DNA from: Anaeromyxobacteraceae bacterium
GTDB taxonomy: Bacteria; Myxococcota; Myxococcia; Myxococcales; Anaeromyxobacteraceae
NCBI GenBank assembly: GCA_032654565.1
Contig: JAULAX010000018.1
Span: forward strand, 32,001-96,000
Reading direction: 5' to 3'
DNA: 64,000 nt
The notes under the pieces were generated by a model. That model did not search any database. It worked only from the letters and a program-made list of their open reading frames with translations, and was not told the origin of the DNA. Below are positions 9,943-20,006 of the stretch, one piece after another. Positions within the stretch are counted from its first letter, which is position 1, and each line of letters begins with the position of its first letter. Made by a program: the position numbers and the translations under genes.

Positions 9943-11129
9943 GTAACGATCAAGCCGTCCAGTACAAAGTCCCTCTGGTCAGCGAGGCGGCCCCCGCGGG
10001 CCCCATGCTCGCCGGCCTGGCGCTGCGCATGCTCTTCGACGCCCCGGTCAAGAGCCTGGGCACGCTGCTCGGGGTGGTGGTCTCGGTCTTCCTGATGGCC
10101 CAGCAGGCCTCGCTGCTCACCGGCATCCTGGGGCGGGTCACCTCCTTCGTGACCAGCACCGGCGTGGACGTCTGGGTCACGTCGCTCGCCACCGAGAGCA
10201 CCGACGCCACCGACACCCTCCCGGCCAGCAAGGTGGGGGCGGCGGCCGGCACGCCCGGCGTGGCCTGGGCGGCGCCCATCGTCCAGGGGGTGGGCCGGGT
10301 GACGCGCCCCGACGGCGTCCGCGAGTTCGTCAAGGTGCTGGGGGTGGAGGCGCCGCGCCACGCCGGGCTGCCCCGGAGGCTGGCGTCCGGGACCGCGCCG
10401 GGCGCGCTGCGTGGCCCCGGGCGGATCCTCATCAACCTGAAGGACCGCCCCGCCTTCGCCGGCGCGGAGCCGGGTGACCGGATCGAGATCGAGGGCCAGG
10501 CCACCACGGTGGCCGGCTTCTTCGAGGGGATGGACCCGCACAGCCCGTACTACTACGTCTTCGCCAACCTCGACGACGCGCGGGCGCTCACCGGCTTCCC
10601 CCAGGACCGGGTCACCTTCGTGGCGGTCGGCGCCGCCCCCGGGGAGCGGCTCGACGAGCTGCGGGCGCGGCTCCAGGACAGGTTGCCGGGCGCGCTGGTG
10701 AAGACCAGCGCCGAGCTGAGCGCCATGGAGGAGCGCTACTTCCTGGTCCGGACGCCAGTGGGGCTGGTCTTCGGGATGGGCTCGCTGATCGCGGCCATCA
10801 TCGGGGCCGCCATCGTGGCGGTGACCCTCTACTCGACCGCCATCGACCGGGCCCGCGACTACGGGACGCTCAAGGCGATCGGCGCCAGGCGGCGGGACCT
10901 GCTCTGGCTGCTGCTCACCCAGGCCTGGATCTTCGCCGCCGCCGGCTACCTGGTCGGGATGGCCGGGTTCTTCCTGGTCCGCCACCTGATGCCGGCGCTG
11001 CCGCTGGTGGCGCCGCCGACCCTGGTGCTCGGCGTGGCCGCGGCCGCGCTGGTCTCCTGCACGCTGGCCTCGCTGGCCGCCATCCGGCGGGTCCTGCAGC
11101 TGGACGCGGCGCTGGTCTTCCGGAGCTGA
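9936..11129 (+). CDS. ABC exporter permease (FtsX/DevC-like); start may be 10006
   Basis: N-terminal TM, periplasmic domain, RDYGTLKAIGA motif, C-terminal DAALVFR. Confidence 0.85.
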   Translation: MSSNDQAVQYKVPLVSEAAPAGPMLAGLALRMLFDAPVKSLGTLLGVVVSVFLMAQQASLLTGILGRVTSFVTSTGVDVWVTSLATESTDATDTLPASKVGAAAGTPGVAWAAPIVQGVGRVTRPDGVREFVKVLGVEAPRHAGLPRRLASGTAPGALRGPGRILINLKDRPAFAGAEPGDRIEIEGQATTVAGFFEGMDPHSPYYYVFANLDDARALTGFPQDRVTFVAVGAAPGERLDELRARLQDRLPGALVKTSAELSAMEERYFLVRTPVGLVFGMGSLIAAIIGAAIVAVTLYSTAIDRARDYGTLKAIGARRRDLLWLLLTQAWIFAAAGYLVGMAGFFLVRHLMPALPLVAPPTLVLGVAAAALVSCTLASLAAIRRVLQLDAALVFRS

Positions 11130-11134
11130 CCGCC

Positions 11135-11908
11135 ATGCCCTCGACCACCACCTCCCTCATCGCCCTGCAGGGGCGCGGCGTCGGCAAGATCTTCGGCGCC
11201 GGCGACCTGGCCGCGCGGGTGCTCCAGCCGACCGACCTGGAGGTCCGGCGCGGAGAGGTCCTGGTGATCATGGGCCCGTCGGGCAGCGGCAAGACCACCC
11301 TGCTCAGCATCCTCGGCCTGGTCCTCACGCCCACCGAGGGCGAGGTGCTGGTGGAGGGCCGGAGCGTGGCGGCCGCCAGCGCCGACGAGCTGGCGGCCCT
11401 GCGCCGCGACCGGCTCGGCTTCGTCTTCCAGCAGTTCAACCTGCTCCCCAGCCTGAGCGCGCTCGAGAACACCGTGGTCCCGCTGCTGCTGGCGGGGCGG
11501 CGGCGGTCCGAGCGGGTGGAGCGAGCCACCCGGGCGCTGGAGCTGGTGGGGATGGCCGACAAGCGGGACGCCAAGCCGCGGCTCCTCTCCGGAGGCCAGC
11601 AGCAGCGGGTTGCCATCGCCCGCGCCCTGGTCAACGACGCCTCGGTCCTGCTCTGCGACGAACCGACCGCCTCGCTCGACGGCACCACCGGGCGGGCCGT
11701 CCTGGCGTCGCTGCGATCGCTGGCGGAGGGCGGCCGCGCGGTGGTGATCGTGACCCACGACGAGCGGGTGCTCGCCATCGCCGACCGGCTGGTCCAGGTG
11801 GTCGACGGGCGCGTCATCCCCGACGCCGGGCTGGCCCGGACTGGCTCCGCGAGGGCGGACCACGGGGCCGCCAGCCTTCGTCTCGAAGTGAACAGGAGGA
11901 CGCCATGA
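11135..11908 (+). CDS. ABC transporter ATP-binding protein
   Basis: GPSGSGKT, LSGGQQQR, LLCDEPT, VTHD. Confidence 0.93.
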   Translation: MPSTTTSLIALQGRGVGKIFGAGDLAARVLQPTDLEVRRGEVLVIMGPSGSGKTTLLSILGLVLTPTEGEVLVEGRSVAAASADELAALRRDRLGFVFQQFNLLPSLSALENTVVPLLLAGRRRSERVERATRALELVGMADKRDAKPRLLSGGQQQRVAIARALVNDASVLLCDEPTASLDGTTGRAVLASLRSLAEGGRAVVIVTHDERVLAIADRLVQVVDGRVIPDAGLARTGSARADHGAASLRLEVNRRTP

Positions 11909-13014
11909 GAACAGGTTTCAAGGGTGGTTGGTGGGTGACGGCGCTGGTCCTGGCCGCCTCGGTCGCCGGGTGCGGCCTTCACGACCGGATGCAGGTCGAG
12001 CGAAAGGTCGGCGCCAGGCCGGCGGCCGGTCCGAGCGCGGCGGACCGGGCCCCGGCCCCGGCCTCGGCGGCACGGCCTGGCCAGCCCGGGCTGGAGGCCG
12101 TGGTGGCGCCCGGGATCGTCGAGCCCCGGGGTGGGCAGATCGCGCTGGCGGCTCGGGAGTCGGGCTGGATCGCCGTCCTCGCTGTGGGGGAGGGGGCGCG
12201 AGTCGAAGCCGGCCAGCTCCTGGCGACCCTGGACGACTCGGCCCAGCGGCGCGCCGTCGAGCTGGCCGCCGCCGAGCTGGCGGTGGCCGCGGCCGAGCTC
12301 TCCCGGCTCGAGGCCGGCGCCACGCCCGACGAGCGTCGGCAGGCCCAGGCCGACGCCGACGGGGCGGCCGCCCGGAGCCAGCTGGCCCGGTCCGGCGCGG
12401 ACCGGGCCGAGCGACTTCATCGGCAAGGCATCATCTCCGACGCCGAGGCCGAGCGCGAGGCCGCCGAGGCCCGGGCCCAGGGGGCGCTGGCGGAGCGGGC
12501 CGAGGCTCGCCTGCACGAGGTGCAGGGCGGAGCGCGGGCCGAGGACCGGAGCGCCGCCCGGAGCCGGGTGGCCGCCGCCCGGGCCCGGCTCGGGCTGGCC
12601 GAGGCCGGCCTGGAGCGGCGCCGGGTCTTCGCTCCCGCCGCCGGCACCATCCTGCTGAGCCGCTTCCACGTCGGCGAGCTCTACGACGCCGGGGCGGGTC
12701 CGCTCTTCCTGCTCGGTGACCTGGATCGGCTCCAGGTCCGGCTGGAGGTGGACGAGGTCGACGCCCTCGACGTCGGCCCGGGGAGGCCGTGCAGCCTCCG
12801 CTCGGACGGGGGCGTCCAGCTCGCCGAGGGGACGGTCGAGCGGCTGGCCCCGAAGATGGGGCGGCGGGCCCTCGCCAGCGAGTCGCCGACCTCTCGCGCC
12901 GACGTGCGGGTGCGGGAGGTGTTCGTGGAGGTCACCGGAGCCGGTCCGCTGGTCCCCGGGCAGCGGGTCTGGGGACACACGCCGCGCGCCGGCCCCACCC
13001 TGGCCCGGCAGTGA
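11905..13014 (+). CDS. HlyD-family periplasmic adaptor
   Basis: APGIVEP, VGEGARVEAGQLL lipoyl-like motif, long coiled coil; ATGA overlap. Confidence 0.85.
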   Translation: MRTGFKGGWWVTALVLAASVAGCGLHDRMQVERKVGARPAAGPSAADRAPAPASAARPGQPGLEAVVAPGIVEPRGGQIALAARESGWIAVLAVGEGARVEAGQLLATLDDSAQRRAVELAAAELAVAAAELSRLEAGATPDERRQAQADADGAAARSQLARSGADRAERLHRQGIISDAEAEREAAEARAQGALAERAEARLHEVQGGARAEDRSAARSRVAAARARLGLAEAGLERRRVFAPAAGTILLSRFHVGELYDAGAGPLFLLGDLDRLQVRLEVDEVDALDVGPGRPCSLRSDGGVQLAEGTVERLAPKMGRRALASESPTSRADVRVREVFVEVTGAGPLVPGQRVWGHTPRAGPTLARQ

Positions 13015-13072
13015 ACCCGCCACGACCCCGGGCAGGCAGCCAGCGGCTCCTCCGTGGTCATGGCCGGGCGGG

Positions 13073-13600
13073 CTACGTCGCCCCACGCCCGCTCGGCCAC
13101 GGGTCGCCGAGCGGCGGGATGCGCACCGGCTCGAAGGCGTGGAAGTGCACCTCGCGAACGGTCCGCAGCCTCCCCCACACCAGGGCGTGGCCGCGCAGGA
13201 ACCGCAGTCGCCGCACGCGCCGATGGAAGCGATCGCGCTCGTCGTCGGTCGCCTCCCGGCGCTCCCCGACGGTGCCGTGGAGCCGGACACCGAGCGGGCG
13301 ACGCGCCTCACCACGCCAGAGGGCCTTGAGCAGCTCCCACCTCCCGCAGTTCAAGGCCATCACGCAGACCCGCTGGTCGCGCTGGAGCCGCCGCGCCAGG
13401 CCCCCCGCGTACTCCTCGAAGTAGAAGCCATGACCTGGCGACTCCAGCACCAGCGAGCCGATGGGCGTGACATGTGGGGCGCCTTCCTCGCCGACGCTCG
13501 CCACGCTGAACTGGAAGTTCGAGGCGAAGCCATCGCGGAAGATGCGGCGGATGACCTGCCAGTCGGCCGAGGTGATCTCCAGGTGCGGTTGCAGGGACAT
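13073..13600 (-). CDS. Pyridoxamine 5'-phosphate oxidase-like protein
   Basis: GGAGG RBS, ATG 13600; SVASVGEEGAPHVTPIGSL motif. Confidence 0.8.
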   Translation of the reverse strand: MSLQPHLEITSADWQVIRRIFRDGFASNFQFSVASVGEEGAPHVTPIGSLVLESPGHGFYFEEYAGGLARRLQRDQRVCVMALNCGRWELLKALWRGEARRPLGVRLHGTVGERREATDDERDRFHRRVRRLRFLRGHALVWGRLRTVREVHFHAFEPVRIPPLGDPWPSGRGAT

Positions 13601-13614
13601 CGATCCTCCCCAGG

Positions 13615-14394
13615 TCACGGGCCGCCCACCGCCACCCAGGCGGCGGCGCAGAGCAGCAGCCCGCCGCCCACGCGGCCCAGCCACGGCCCGGCCGAGGTGG
13701 TCTTCTCCAGCACCAGGAAGGCGGTCAGCCCCGCCATCCAGGCGAGGCTCATGACGCCGAAGACGAAGGAGAGGGCCATGAGCGCCCAGCAGCAGCCGGC
13801 GCAGTAGATCCCGTGCCGGGCCCCCATGGTGAAGCCACCCCAGCTCCCCTCCCGCCAGCTGGTGAGGAAGAACGCGAAGGGGGAGCGGCAGTGGGTCATG
13901 CAGGCGTCGCGGAAGGGCGACCACTGGTAGGCCCCGGCGACGGCCAGGAGCGCGCTGGAGAGGTACGGACTGGTCAGCGTCCCCTCTCCGGAGAGCAGCG
14001 CCGACCGCTGCAGGGCCACCTGGCCGGCCGCGGCCAGCAGGCTGTAGGCGACCCAGACGGTGACGTAGCCGAGCAGGAAGCCGCCCACGGCCGGCAGGGG
14101 CGTGACGTCGAGTTCGCGCTGGCGGGCGTTCCGCGACAGGGCCAGGAGCCAGGGGCTCACGATGGGCAGCATCATCGCCACCATCATGATCACCCACATG
14201 GCGGCCGCCGCGCCGAACTCCGCCACCGTCCAGGGCCGTGGGTCCGGCCCGGCCATGCCGCCGTGGCACGCCGCGGGGGCCGCCGCCATGCCGGCCAGGT
14301 GCCACCAGGCCAGGCCGGCCACCAGCAGGAGCCCGGCGAGGAGGATGGCGCGATCCCGGCGGACGTTCGACGCCAGGAGCTCGGCCGGGATCAC
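13615..14394 (-). CDS. DUF2182 predicted metal-binding membrane protein
   Basis: MWVIMMVAMMLP, YQWSPFRDACMTHCRSP, HGIYCAGCCWALM; GTGA-coupled to DUF1326. Confidence 0.88.
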   Translation of the reverse strand: MIPAELLASNVRRDRAILLAGLLLVAGLAWWHLAGMAAAPAACHGGMAGPDPRPWTVAEFGAAAAMWVIMMVAMMLPIVSPWLLALSRNARQRELDVTPLPAVGGFLLGYVTVWVAYSLLAAAGQVALQRSALLSGEGTLTSPYLSSALLAVAGAYQWSPFRDACMTHCRSPFAFFLTSWREGSWGGFTMGARHGIYCAGCCWALMALSFVFGVMSLAWMAGLTAFLVLEKTTSAGPWLGRVGGGLLLCAAAWVAVGGP

Positions 14395-15002
14395 GGCGCC
14401 TTCCAGCTGAACTGCGAGGAGAGCGCGTGGGTGCCCTCGGTGGTGAACGGCAGGCGAGCGTCGGTGCAGCGGGTCTTCCCCAGCGCCAGCACCTGGGTGG
14501 GGGCGTGGATCTGGTTGAAGACGTTGGAGAGCACGGCGTCCTGGGACTTGTCCTTGCCGCGGATGGCCTCGATGGAGGTGTCGAACAACCCCTCGGCCCA
14601 CATCCGCTTGGTTCGCCCGGTGTCCTCGAGGTGGATGGGCAGCGCCCGGGTGTCGAGCCGCGTCCCCACGAACCTGCCCAGCACCTGCCAGGGACCGCCG
14701 GCCCGGCCGGAGAGGATGGTCTCGAACGCCTCGCGCTGGCGCAGGTCGGCCCGCTCGTCCACGAACAGCGCGGTGGTCCAGTTCCCGGCGATCATGTGGC
14801 GCGGCGAGTCCCAGAGAATGGCGGCGTTGAGGCCGCCCAGCGGAGTCTCCTCGAAGCGGCCGTCCTCGATGGCCAGGGCCCAGATGCCGAGGCAGCGCTC
14901 CTGGTCGCAGAGCTGCTTGAAGGAGAGGTGGCCGGGGCAGAGGAGCTGGCAGTTGCAGTTCTCGAAGAGCAGCCCCTTGGCCCACCAGGATGGGACGGTC
15001 AT
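14391..15002 (-). CDS. DUF1326 family protein
   Basis: ENCNCQLLCP, IEDGRF...LGGL, VDERA...QREA...SGRAGG; usual partner of DUF2182. Confidence 0.88.
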   Translation of the reverse strand: MTVPSWWAKGLLFENCNCQLLCPGHLSFKQLCDQERCLGIWALAIEDGRFEETPLGGLNAAILWDSPRHMIAGNWTTALFVDERADLRQREAFETILSGRAGGPWQVLGRFVGTRLDTRALPIHLEDTGRTKRMWAEGLFDTSIEAIRGKDKSQDAVLSNVFNQIHAPTQVLALGKTRCTDARLPFTTEGTHALSSQFSWKAP

Positions 15003-15023
15003 GTGCTCGCTCCGCTTCGACGA

Positions 15024-15761
15024 CTAGAACAGCAGGTGAAGCCGGACCGACCCCCAGGCGACGTGCCAGACCAGGTAGTAGGCCAGCCGGAAGGCAAACA
15101 TGGAGAAGAAGTCGTAGCGCTTGAAGAGGAGCAGCTGGAAGAAGTTGACGGCGAGGACCAGGACCCCGACGCAGGCCACCGCCCAGGGCGGGAAGCGGCC
15201 CGAGGAGGCCATGGCGAAGGCCTGGTAGGCCGGCTCCAGCAGCGAGACCAGGAGGATGCTGATCCCGATGGACCGGTCGGTCCCCAGGGCCGGGGAGAAC
15301 TTGGTGAGGAGGAATAGCAGCAGGGTGAGCGGGAGCAGGTGGAACATGACCTCCACCAGGAAGCCGATGGCCGGGTAGAAGAGCAGGGCGGCGGGGAGCG
15401 GGACGTTCATGTCCGCCGGGAAGGCGATGGCGAGGTCGAGCAGGACGGCCGCCGACGCCAGCGCCGTGGCCAGCCAGCCGATGAAGCCGAGCGACCGGAG
15501 GTTCTCGACCTCGAAGATGGCGAACCAGCCCCTGGCGTGGAGCGCCGACAGCAGCACCAGGCCGAGGAGGCCGACCAGGACCATGGCCGCGATCGGGTCG
15601 GCGGCGCCGAGGAAGCGCCGGAAGTGGAGGGGACTTCCCGACTGGACCAGCCAGGTCGCGCCGGCCACGCCAGCCGCCAGGCCGACATAGGCCAGGTGCG
15701 GCCACCTCGGCCGGGCCAGGGGCGGTAGGATGTGGTGGTCGGAGATGGTCGAGGGCATCAT
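15024..15761 (-). CDS. Membrane protein (CPBP/Abi-like features)
   Basis: Several TM helices; FLVEVMFH, EP and YYLVWH motifs; GGAGG RBS. Confidence 0.65.
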   Translation of the reverse strand: MMPSTISDHHILPPLARPRWPHLAYVGLAAGVAGATWLVQSGSPLHFRRFLGAADPIAAMVLVGLLGLVLLSALHARGWFAIFEVENLRSLGFIGWLATALASAAVLLDLAIAFPADMNVPLPAALLFYPAIGFLVEVMFHLLPLTLLLFLLTKFSPALGTDRSIGISILLVSLLEPAYQAFAMASSGRFPPWAVACVGVLVLAVNFFQLLLFKRYDFFSMFAFRLAYYLVWHVAWGSVRLHLLF

Positions 15762-15796
15762 CGCCTCCAGGTGGGCGCGGGTCGGGGCCGGGAGGC

Positions 15797-16939
15797 CTAG
15801 AAGGCCTCGCCGAGGTTGAAGTAGAGGTTGGCGCCGTCCTGGCCCGCGCCGACGTCCAGGCGGACATTGAGGCCGTCATCGGTGAGCCGGTAGCGGAGGC
15901 CGGCCCCGGCCGCGGGGCGGATGGTCCGGGACTCGAAGCCTGAGAGCCGGTGGGCAACGTCGGAGAGCCCGGCGAAGAGGGCGGCGCCGAACCGGCCGGC
16001 GACAGGAAAGCGGATCTCGGCTTGGCCCGAGTAGAGCACGTGGTCGCGCCAGCGCCCCTCGTAGTAGCCCCGCAGGTTTCTGTCCCCGCCCAGCCGGGGC
16101 AGGAGCGTGACCGGAACGTCACCGTGCGCCAGCTCGAAGTGGCCGGCCAGGCCCAGCACCACCGCACGCCACAGGGGCAGGAACTGGCGGGCGTCGAGCG
16201 CGCCGCGGCCGAAGCGGAGCCGGTCGCCGAAGACACCGGGCGACAGGAGGTACCAGGCCTCCACCGAGTTGCCGCTCCCAGGGGCGAAGCGGTTGTCACG
16301 AGTGTCCCAGGTGAGGCTCCAGCCCAGGCCGGTCGAGGCGTAGCCGCCAAGACCGGCCATGGTGCCGGACGCGAGCAGGCCGCCCGGAACCAGGTCCCGG
16401 AACGACTCCTGCCGGAACCAGGCCCTGGGACCGCTGCGCAGGCGACCGGGGATCAGGTACCACTCAGGGGCGAGCTGGGCCTCGAACGAGGCCGAGGTGA
16501 AGCCCTCCCTGGCGCTCCGCGGGGTGTCGTCGCCGACGCCATAGAAGACGTCGGGGTAGCGGGAGAGGCGCAGCGACCCGCCGATGGCCATGGCGCTGGA
16601 GGGGAACAGCTGGGTCTGGAGGGCGAAGAGTGCCTGATGCCTGGCGGTGCCGGTGCCCACGACCTGCACGTCGGAGACCTGGAGCGCAGGCTCGAAGCGG
16701 AAATGGACGCCGCCCATGGCGCCCAGGCCGAGCCGCGTCTCCGGCATGTAGAAGGCCACCGGGATGGCGAACCAGCTGGATGGCGGCGACGGTGCGGCGG
16801 CGGCGCCAGGGCTCGTGGCACGATCGTCCTCGACGGGGCGCGCGGCCGAGGGCGCAGTGAGGGTCATGCCGACGGCCAGCAGCGCCGCGAACGTGGCCGC
16901 CGAGACCGGCGGAGTCCGAGGGTGGAGAGTGGCGCTCAC
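15797..16939 (-). CDS. BamA/TamA-family (Omp85) barrel protein without POTRA domains
   Basis: Signal peptide; DTRDN, LRGYYEGRWRD, GAGLRY, C-terminal LGEAF. Confidence 0.85.
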   Translation of the reverse strand: MSATLHPRTPPVSAATFAALLAVGMTLTAPSAARPVEDDRATSPGAAAAPSPPSSWFAIPVAFYMPETRLGLGAMGGVHFRFEPALQVSDVQVVGTGTARHQALFALQTQLFPSSAMAIGGSLRLSRYPDVFYGVGDDTPRSAREGFTSASFEAQLAPEWYLIPGRLRSGPRAWFRQESFRDLVPGGLLASGTMAGLGGYASTGLGWSLTWDTRDNRFAPGSGNSVEAWYLLSPGVFGDRLRFGRGALDARQFLPLWRAVVLGLAGHFELAHGDVPVTLLPRLGGDRNLRGYYEGRWRDHVLYSGQAEIRFPVAGRFGAALFAGLSDVAHRLSGFESRTIRPAAGAGLRYRLTDDGLNVRLDVGAGQDGANLYFNLGEAF

Positions 16940-17427
16940 GGCGAATCCCTAGCCGGAGGACGGCCCGGCCAGCCAGCGCAGCCATGCAGACCGGGGCGGC
17001 ATGGATGCAACCGGCCAGGGCCTTGGTTGCCAGGCGAGATCCGGCGTCGTTCGCCGCGGCAGTCCGGGGAGGGTGGGCGGAGGTGACCTAGCCGGTGGCC
17101 AGCAAGGCGTCCGGCCACGGCTTCGCTGGTCACCACCCAGACCACGCCCTCCAGCCGCTCATCGGCCCGGTCGGCCAGCCGTCGCATGGCCAGGATGTTC
17201 GCCTCCACCCGCTCGGCCGCCTCGACGACCCGGCGGCCCACCTCGGTGGGGCGATGGCCTGCCAAGGTGCGGTCGAAGATCCGCGCCCCCACGTCGCCCT
17301 CGAGCGCCCGGATGGTCCGGCTCACCGTGGACGGATCGACGCCCAGCCCGCGGGCGGCCCGCTCCAGGGAGCCCTGGCGCGCCAGCGCCAGCACGAACTG
17401 CAGCGAGTTCCAGTTCAGGTCTTGCAT
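16936..17427 (-). pseudogene. Truncated LysR regulator (HTH plus linker helix only)
   Basis: MQDLNWNSLQFVLALAR...STVSR...LEGVV matches the intact LysR at 23852-24793 for about 100 aa, then turns low-complexity. Confidence 0.75.
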
Positions 17428-17571
17428 GTGCACCTCTTCCCCCGCCGGCGGCCGCTCGACGTTTCGGGACGGCCGGACCAGCCTGGCGCCTCCGGGGGCG
17501 CGGGGGGCGCGCGCCATACGGGGGCGTATGCACGCTAGCGCCTCCCACCGATGCCGTCAATACGGTAGCGT

Positions 17572-18138
17572 ATGGCCACCATGACCGGCCCCGTCACGCG
17601 CGAACGCTGGATCGACGCCGCCCTCGACACGCTGGCGCGGGACGGGCTGGGCGGCGTCGGGGTCGAGCCGATCGCCCGCCTGCTCCACGTCACCAAGGGG
17701 AGCTTCTACTGGCACTTCAAGGATCGCGCCGACCTGCTCCGGGCCATGCTGGTGAGGTGGGAGCAGGTCATGACCAAGGCCCTCATCGGCCAGGCGGAGG
17801 CGGCCGGTGAGACCGCACAGGACCGGCTGAGGGTGCTCTTCCGCCTCTCCTTCGAGAAGCGGGCCGTGCCGCTGGAGATGGCGCTGCGGGACTGGGGACG
17901 GCGGGAGCCATTCGTCACCAGGGCCGTCGCCCGGGTCGACCGGCGCCGCCTGCGCTACCTGGAGCGGCTCTTCGGCGGGCTTGGGCTCGAGCCCGGCGAC
18001 GCCCGGGCCCGGGCCTTCCTGGCCTACTCGAGCCTCTTCGGCACCCACATCATCAGCGTGACGGCGCCACGGCACCGCGAGGACACCTTCAGGCGCTGCC
18101 GGGCGCTGCTGCTGCGGGTGGGCCCGGGAAGCCCATGA
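17572..18138 (+). CDS. TetR/AcrR family regulator
   Basis: TRERWIDAAL...VEPIAR.LHVTKGSFYWHFKDR HTH. Confidence 0.9.
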   Translation: MATMTGPVTRERWIDAALDTLARDGLGGVGVEPIARLLHVTKGSFYWHFKDRADLLRAMLVRWEQVMTKALIGQAEAAGETAQDRLRVLFRLSFEKRAVPLEMALRDWGRREPFVTRAVARVDRRRLRYLERLFGGLGLEPGDARARAFLAYSSLFGTHIISVTAPRHREDTFRRCRALLLRVGPGSP

Positions 18139-18212
18139 CCCTTCGCCGATCCTCCCCGGCGCTGGCGCCCTGCCCGCGCTCCGGAGACCACCCCGGAGGA
18201 AGGCGGACGCGC

Positions 18213-18293
18213 ATGGAGATCACAACGACGGACTGGCAGACGATTCGCGGCATCTTCCACGATGGCTTCTCGACGGGCTTCCACTTCGCGGCA
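18213..18293 (+). pseudogene. N-terminal fragment of a pyridoxamine-oxidase-like gene
   Basis: MEITTTDWQTIRGIFHDGFSTGFHFA versus LEITSADWQVIRRIFRDGFASNFQFS of 13073-13600; GGAGG upstream; similarity then stops abruptly. Confidence 0.65.
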
Positions 18294-18445
18294 GTACCTC
18301 GAGCTGGAGTTCCCGCGCACGCCGGCCAGCCTCCAGGATGTCATGGTCACGACGCTGCTCCAGATGGGCTGCCAGCCCAGGGGCAGGCGCAGGCAGAAGC
18401 ACTTCGTCCGGAGCCCACCCATTCCGGCATGAGACCCGGACCTGC

Positions 18446-19651
18446 CTACGGCATCGAGAGGCTGCGCAGGACCGAGACGCTCGGGTAGAGCACCAGCCCG
18501 TCGTACTGCCGTCCCAGGGGGAGGACGTGCACGTCCCGCCCGTAGTCGACCTTGATGTCCCGGCTGGAGAAGACCGGATCGGTGAGGGGGAGCCAGGCCA
18601 GGCGGCCGGCCGCCTGCTCGGCGAGGATCCGGGTGAGGCTGTTGTCCGGGTCCTCGGCGATGACGTCGAAGCTCCAGGGGACCGTGTCGAAATAGCTCGA
18701 GAGCCGCAGGCCCCGAGCCCCGGCGAAGGCGATCGACACCAGACCGGCCGGGTCGCCCCCGTAGGTCTCGGGGTGGTGCGCCAGCCAGGTCCCCACCACC
18801 TGGGCGACTGGACCGGAGCGCGTCTCCTTCTGGGCGTGGGTCATGCCGCAGTCCACCGCCACGCTGGCGTTGCCGGCCGCCGAGAGGGCCGCCGAGATGC
18901 GCTCCACGATGATGACCTCTCGCGCCGCGTAGTCCATCCTGGCGCGGAGCGGCTGGCTGCGGCGCTCGACCTCCACCAGTTCGGCGAGCTGCGCGAAGCG
19001 TCCCGTCCCCAGGGCCCCCTCCAGCGCCACGCGGCCGACGGCCAGCCTGGCGGGGAGCGCCTGGAGGGCGGCCAGGTAGGCCGGGGAGTCGGGCGCGGCG
19101 GCCATGATCTCGTCCAGCTCGGCCACCGGCCCGAAGCGGGCCTGGAACTCGGCGACGCCGGTCCTGAAGTGGATGGACCAGTGATTCATGTCGAACCCTG
19201 CGTAGTGGATCCGCTCCACCTCCGGGAGGCCGGCGTTGAAGGCCCGCAGGCCGTCGAGGAACGCCTTGTCGAGCTGCGCCAGTGGCCGGGCCAGGATGTC
19301 GCTCCGGCCCATCACGTACTCCTCGCCGGTCCAGGCGGTGGCGTGGGACATCTCGTCGACCAGGGTGCGGAAGCCCGCGGCGTGGAGCCCTGGCAGGAGC
19401 GCCACCAGCAGCTGCTGGTGCTCCTCCACGTAGTGGGTCTCGCCGAAGAGCACCAGCCTGGAGGCCGACAGGCGGGCCACCAGCGCGTCGGACACCGCGC
19501 CCGGGGCGGTGAAGGTGGCGTCCCGCGCCACGATGGGCTCGAGCACGGCGCGAGGCTCGCCCTGCGGCTGGACGTGGTCGAGGGCAGAACAACCCAGGAG
19601 CAGGGCGAGTGCTGCGAGCGCGGCGCCTCCAGGGCGGAAACGGGTCCTCAT
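18446..19651 (-). CDS. Lipoprotein, erythromycin-esterase/ChaN (Tiki) superfamily
   Basis: Lipobox LLLGC; LVLFGETH, GFRTLVDE, YAGFD, ARE and CGMTHA motifs. Confidence 0.7.
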   Translation of the reverse strand: MRTRFRPGGAALAALALLLGCSALDHVQPQGEPRAVLEPIVARDATFTAPGAVSDALVARLSASRLVLFGETHYVEEHQQLLVALLPGLHAAGFRTLVDEMSHATAWTGEEYVMGRSDILARPLAQLDKAFLDGLRAFNAGLPEVERIHYAGFDMNHWSIHFRTGVAEFQARFGPVAELDEIMAAAPDSPAYLAALQALPARLAVGRVALEGALGTGRFAQLAELVEVERRSQPLRARMDYAAREVIIVERISAALSAAGNASVAVDCGMTHAQKETRSGPVAQVVGTWLAHHPETYGGDPAGLVSIAFAGARGLRLSSYFDTVPWSFDVIAEDPDNSLTRILAEQAAGRLAWLPLTDPVFSSRDIKVDYGRDVHVLPLGRQYDGLVLYPSVSVLRSLSMP

Positions 19652-20006
19652 CTCAATGCTCCCTTCTTCCCAGATTCCGAACCGCCATGTCACGGCGCGC
19701 CTGGCAGGGCCGCTCGCCGACCTCGCCGCGGTCTGGCCGATCTGGCACTGAAAGCGCTTCCGAACCTATCGCGGGGGCGGGGTGGCCGCCTTGCAGGGGG
19801 CCTGGTCCCGTCTTGCGATCCTGCGGGCGGCCCCGCCGTCTTCGGTGACCTCCGGGGAGCTGGCGGCTGAAGCCTGGGCCACCTTCAGGCCCCCGTGCCC
19901 TGGCGCCGGTGCGGTCTTGCACCGTTGCGGGTGCGGATCGTACCTGGATCGGGGAGAGTCGCCCCGGTCGGCACGGGCTCGGCCAGCCAGTCAGGAGGGA
20001 GGCTTC

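Noticed and set aside
19743..19758. sigma54 promoter TGGCAC-N5-GCGC
   Set aside because: The -12 box lacks TTGC and it lies far from the next plus-strand start; too weak.
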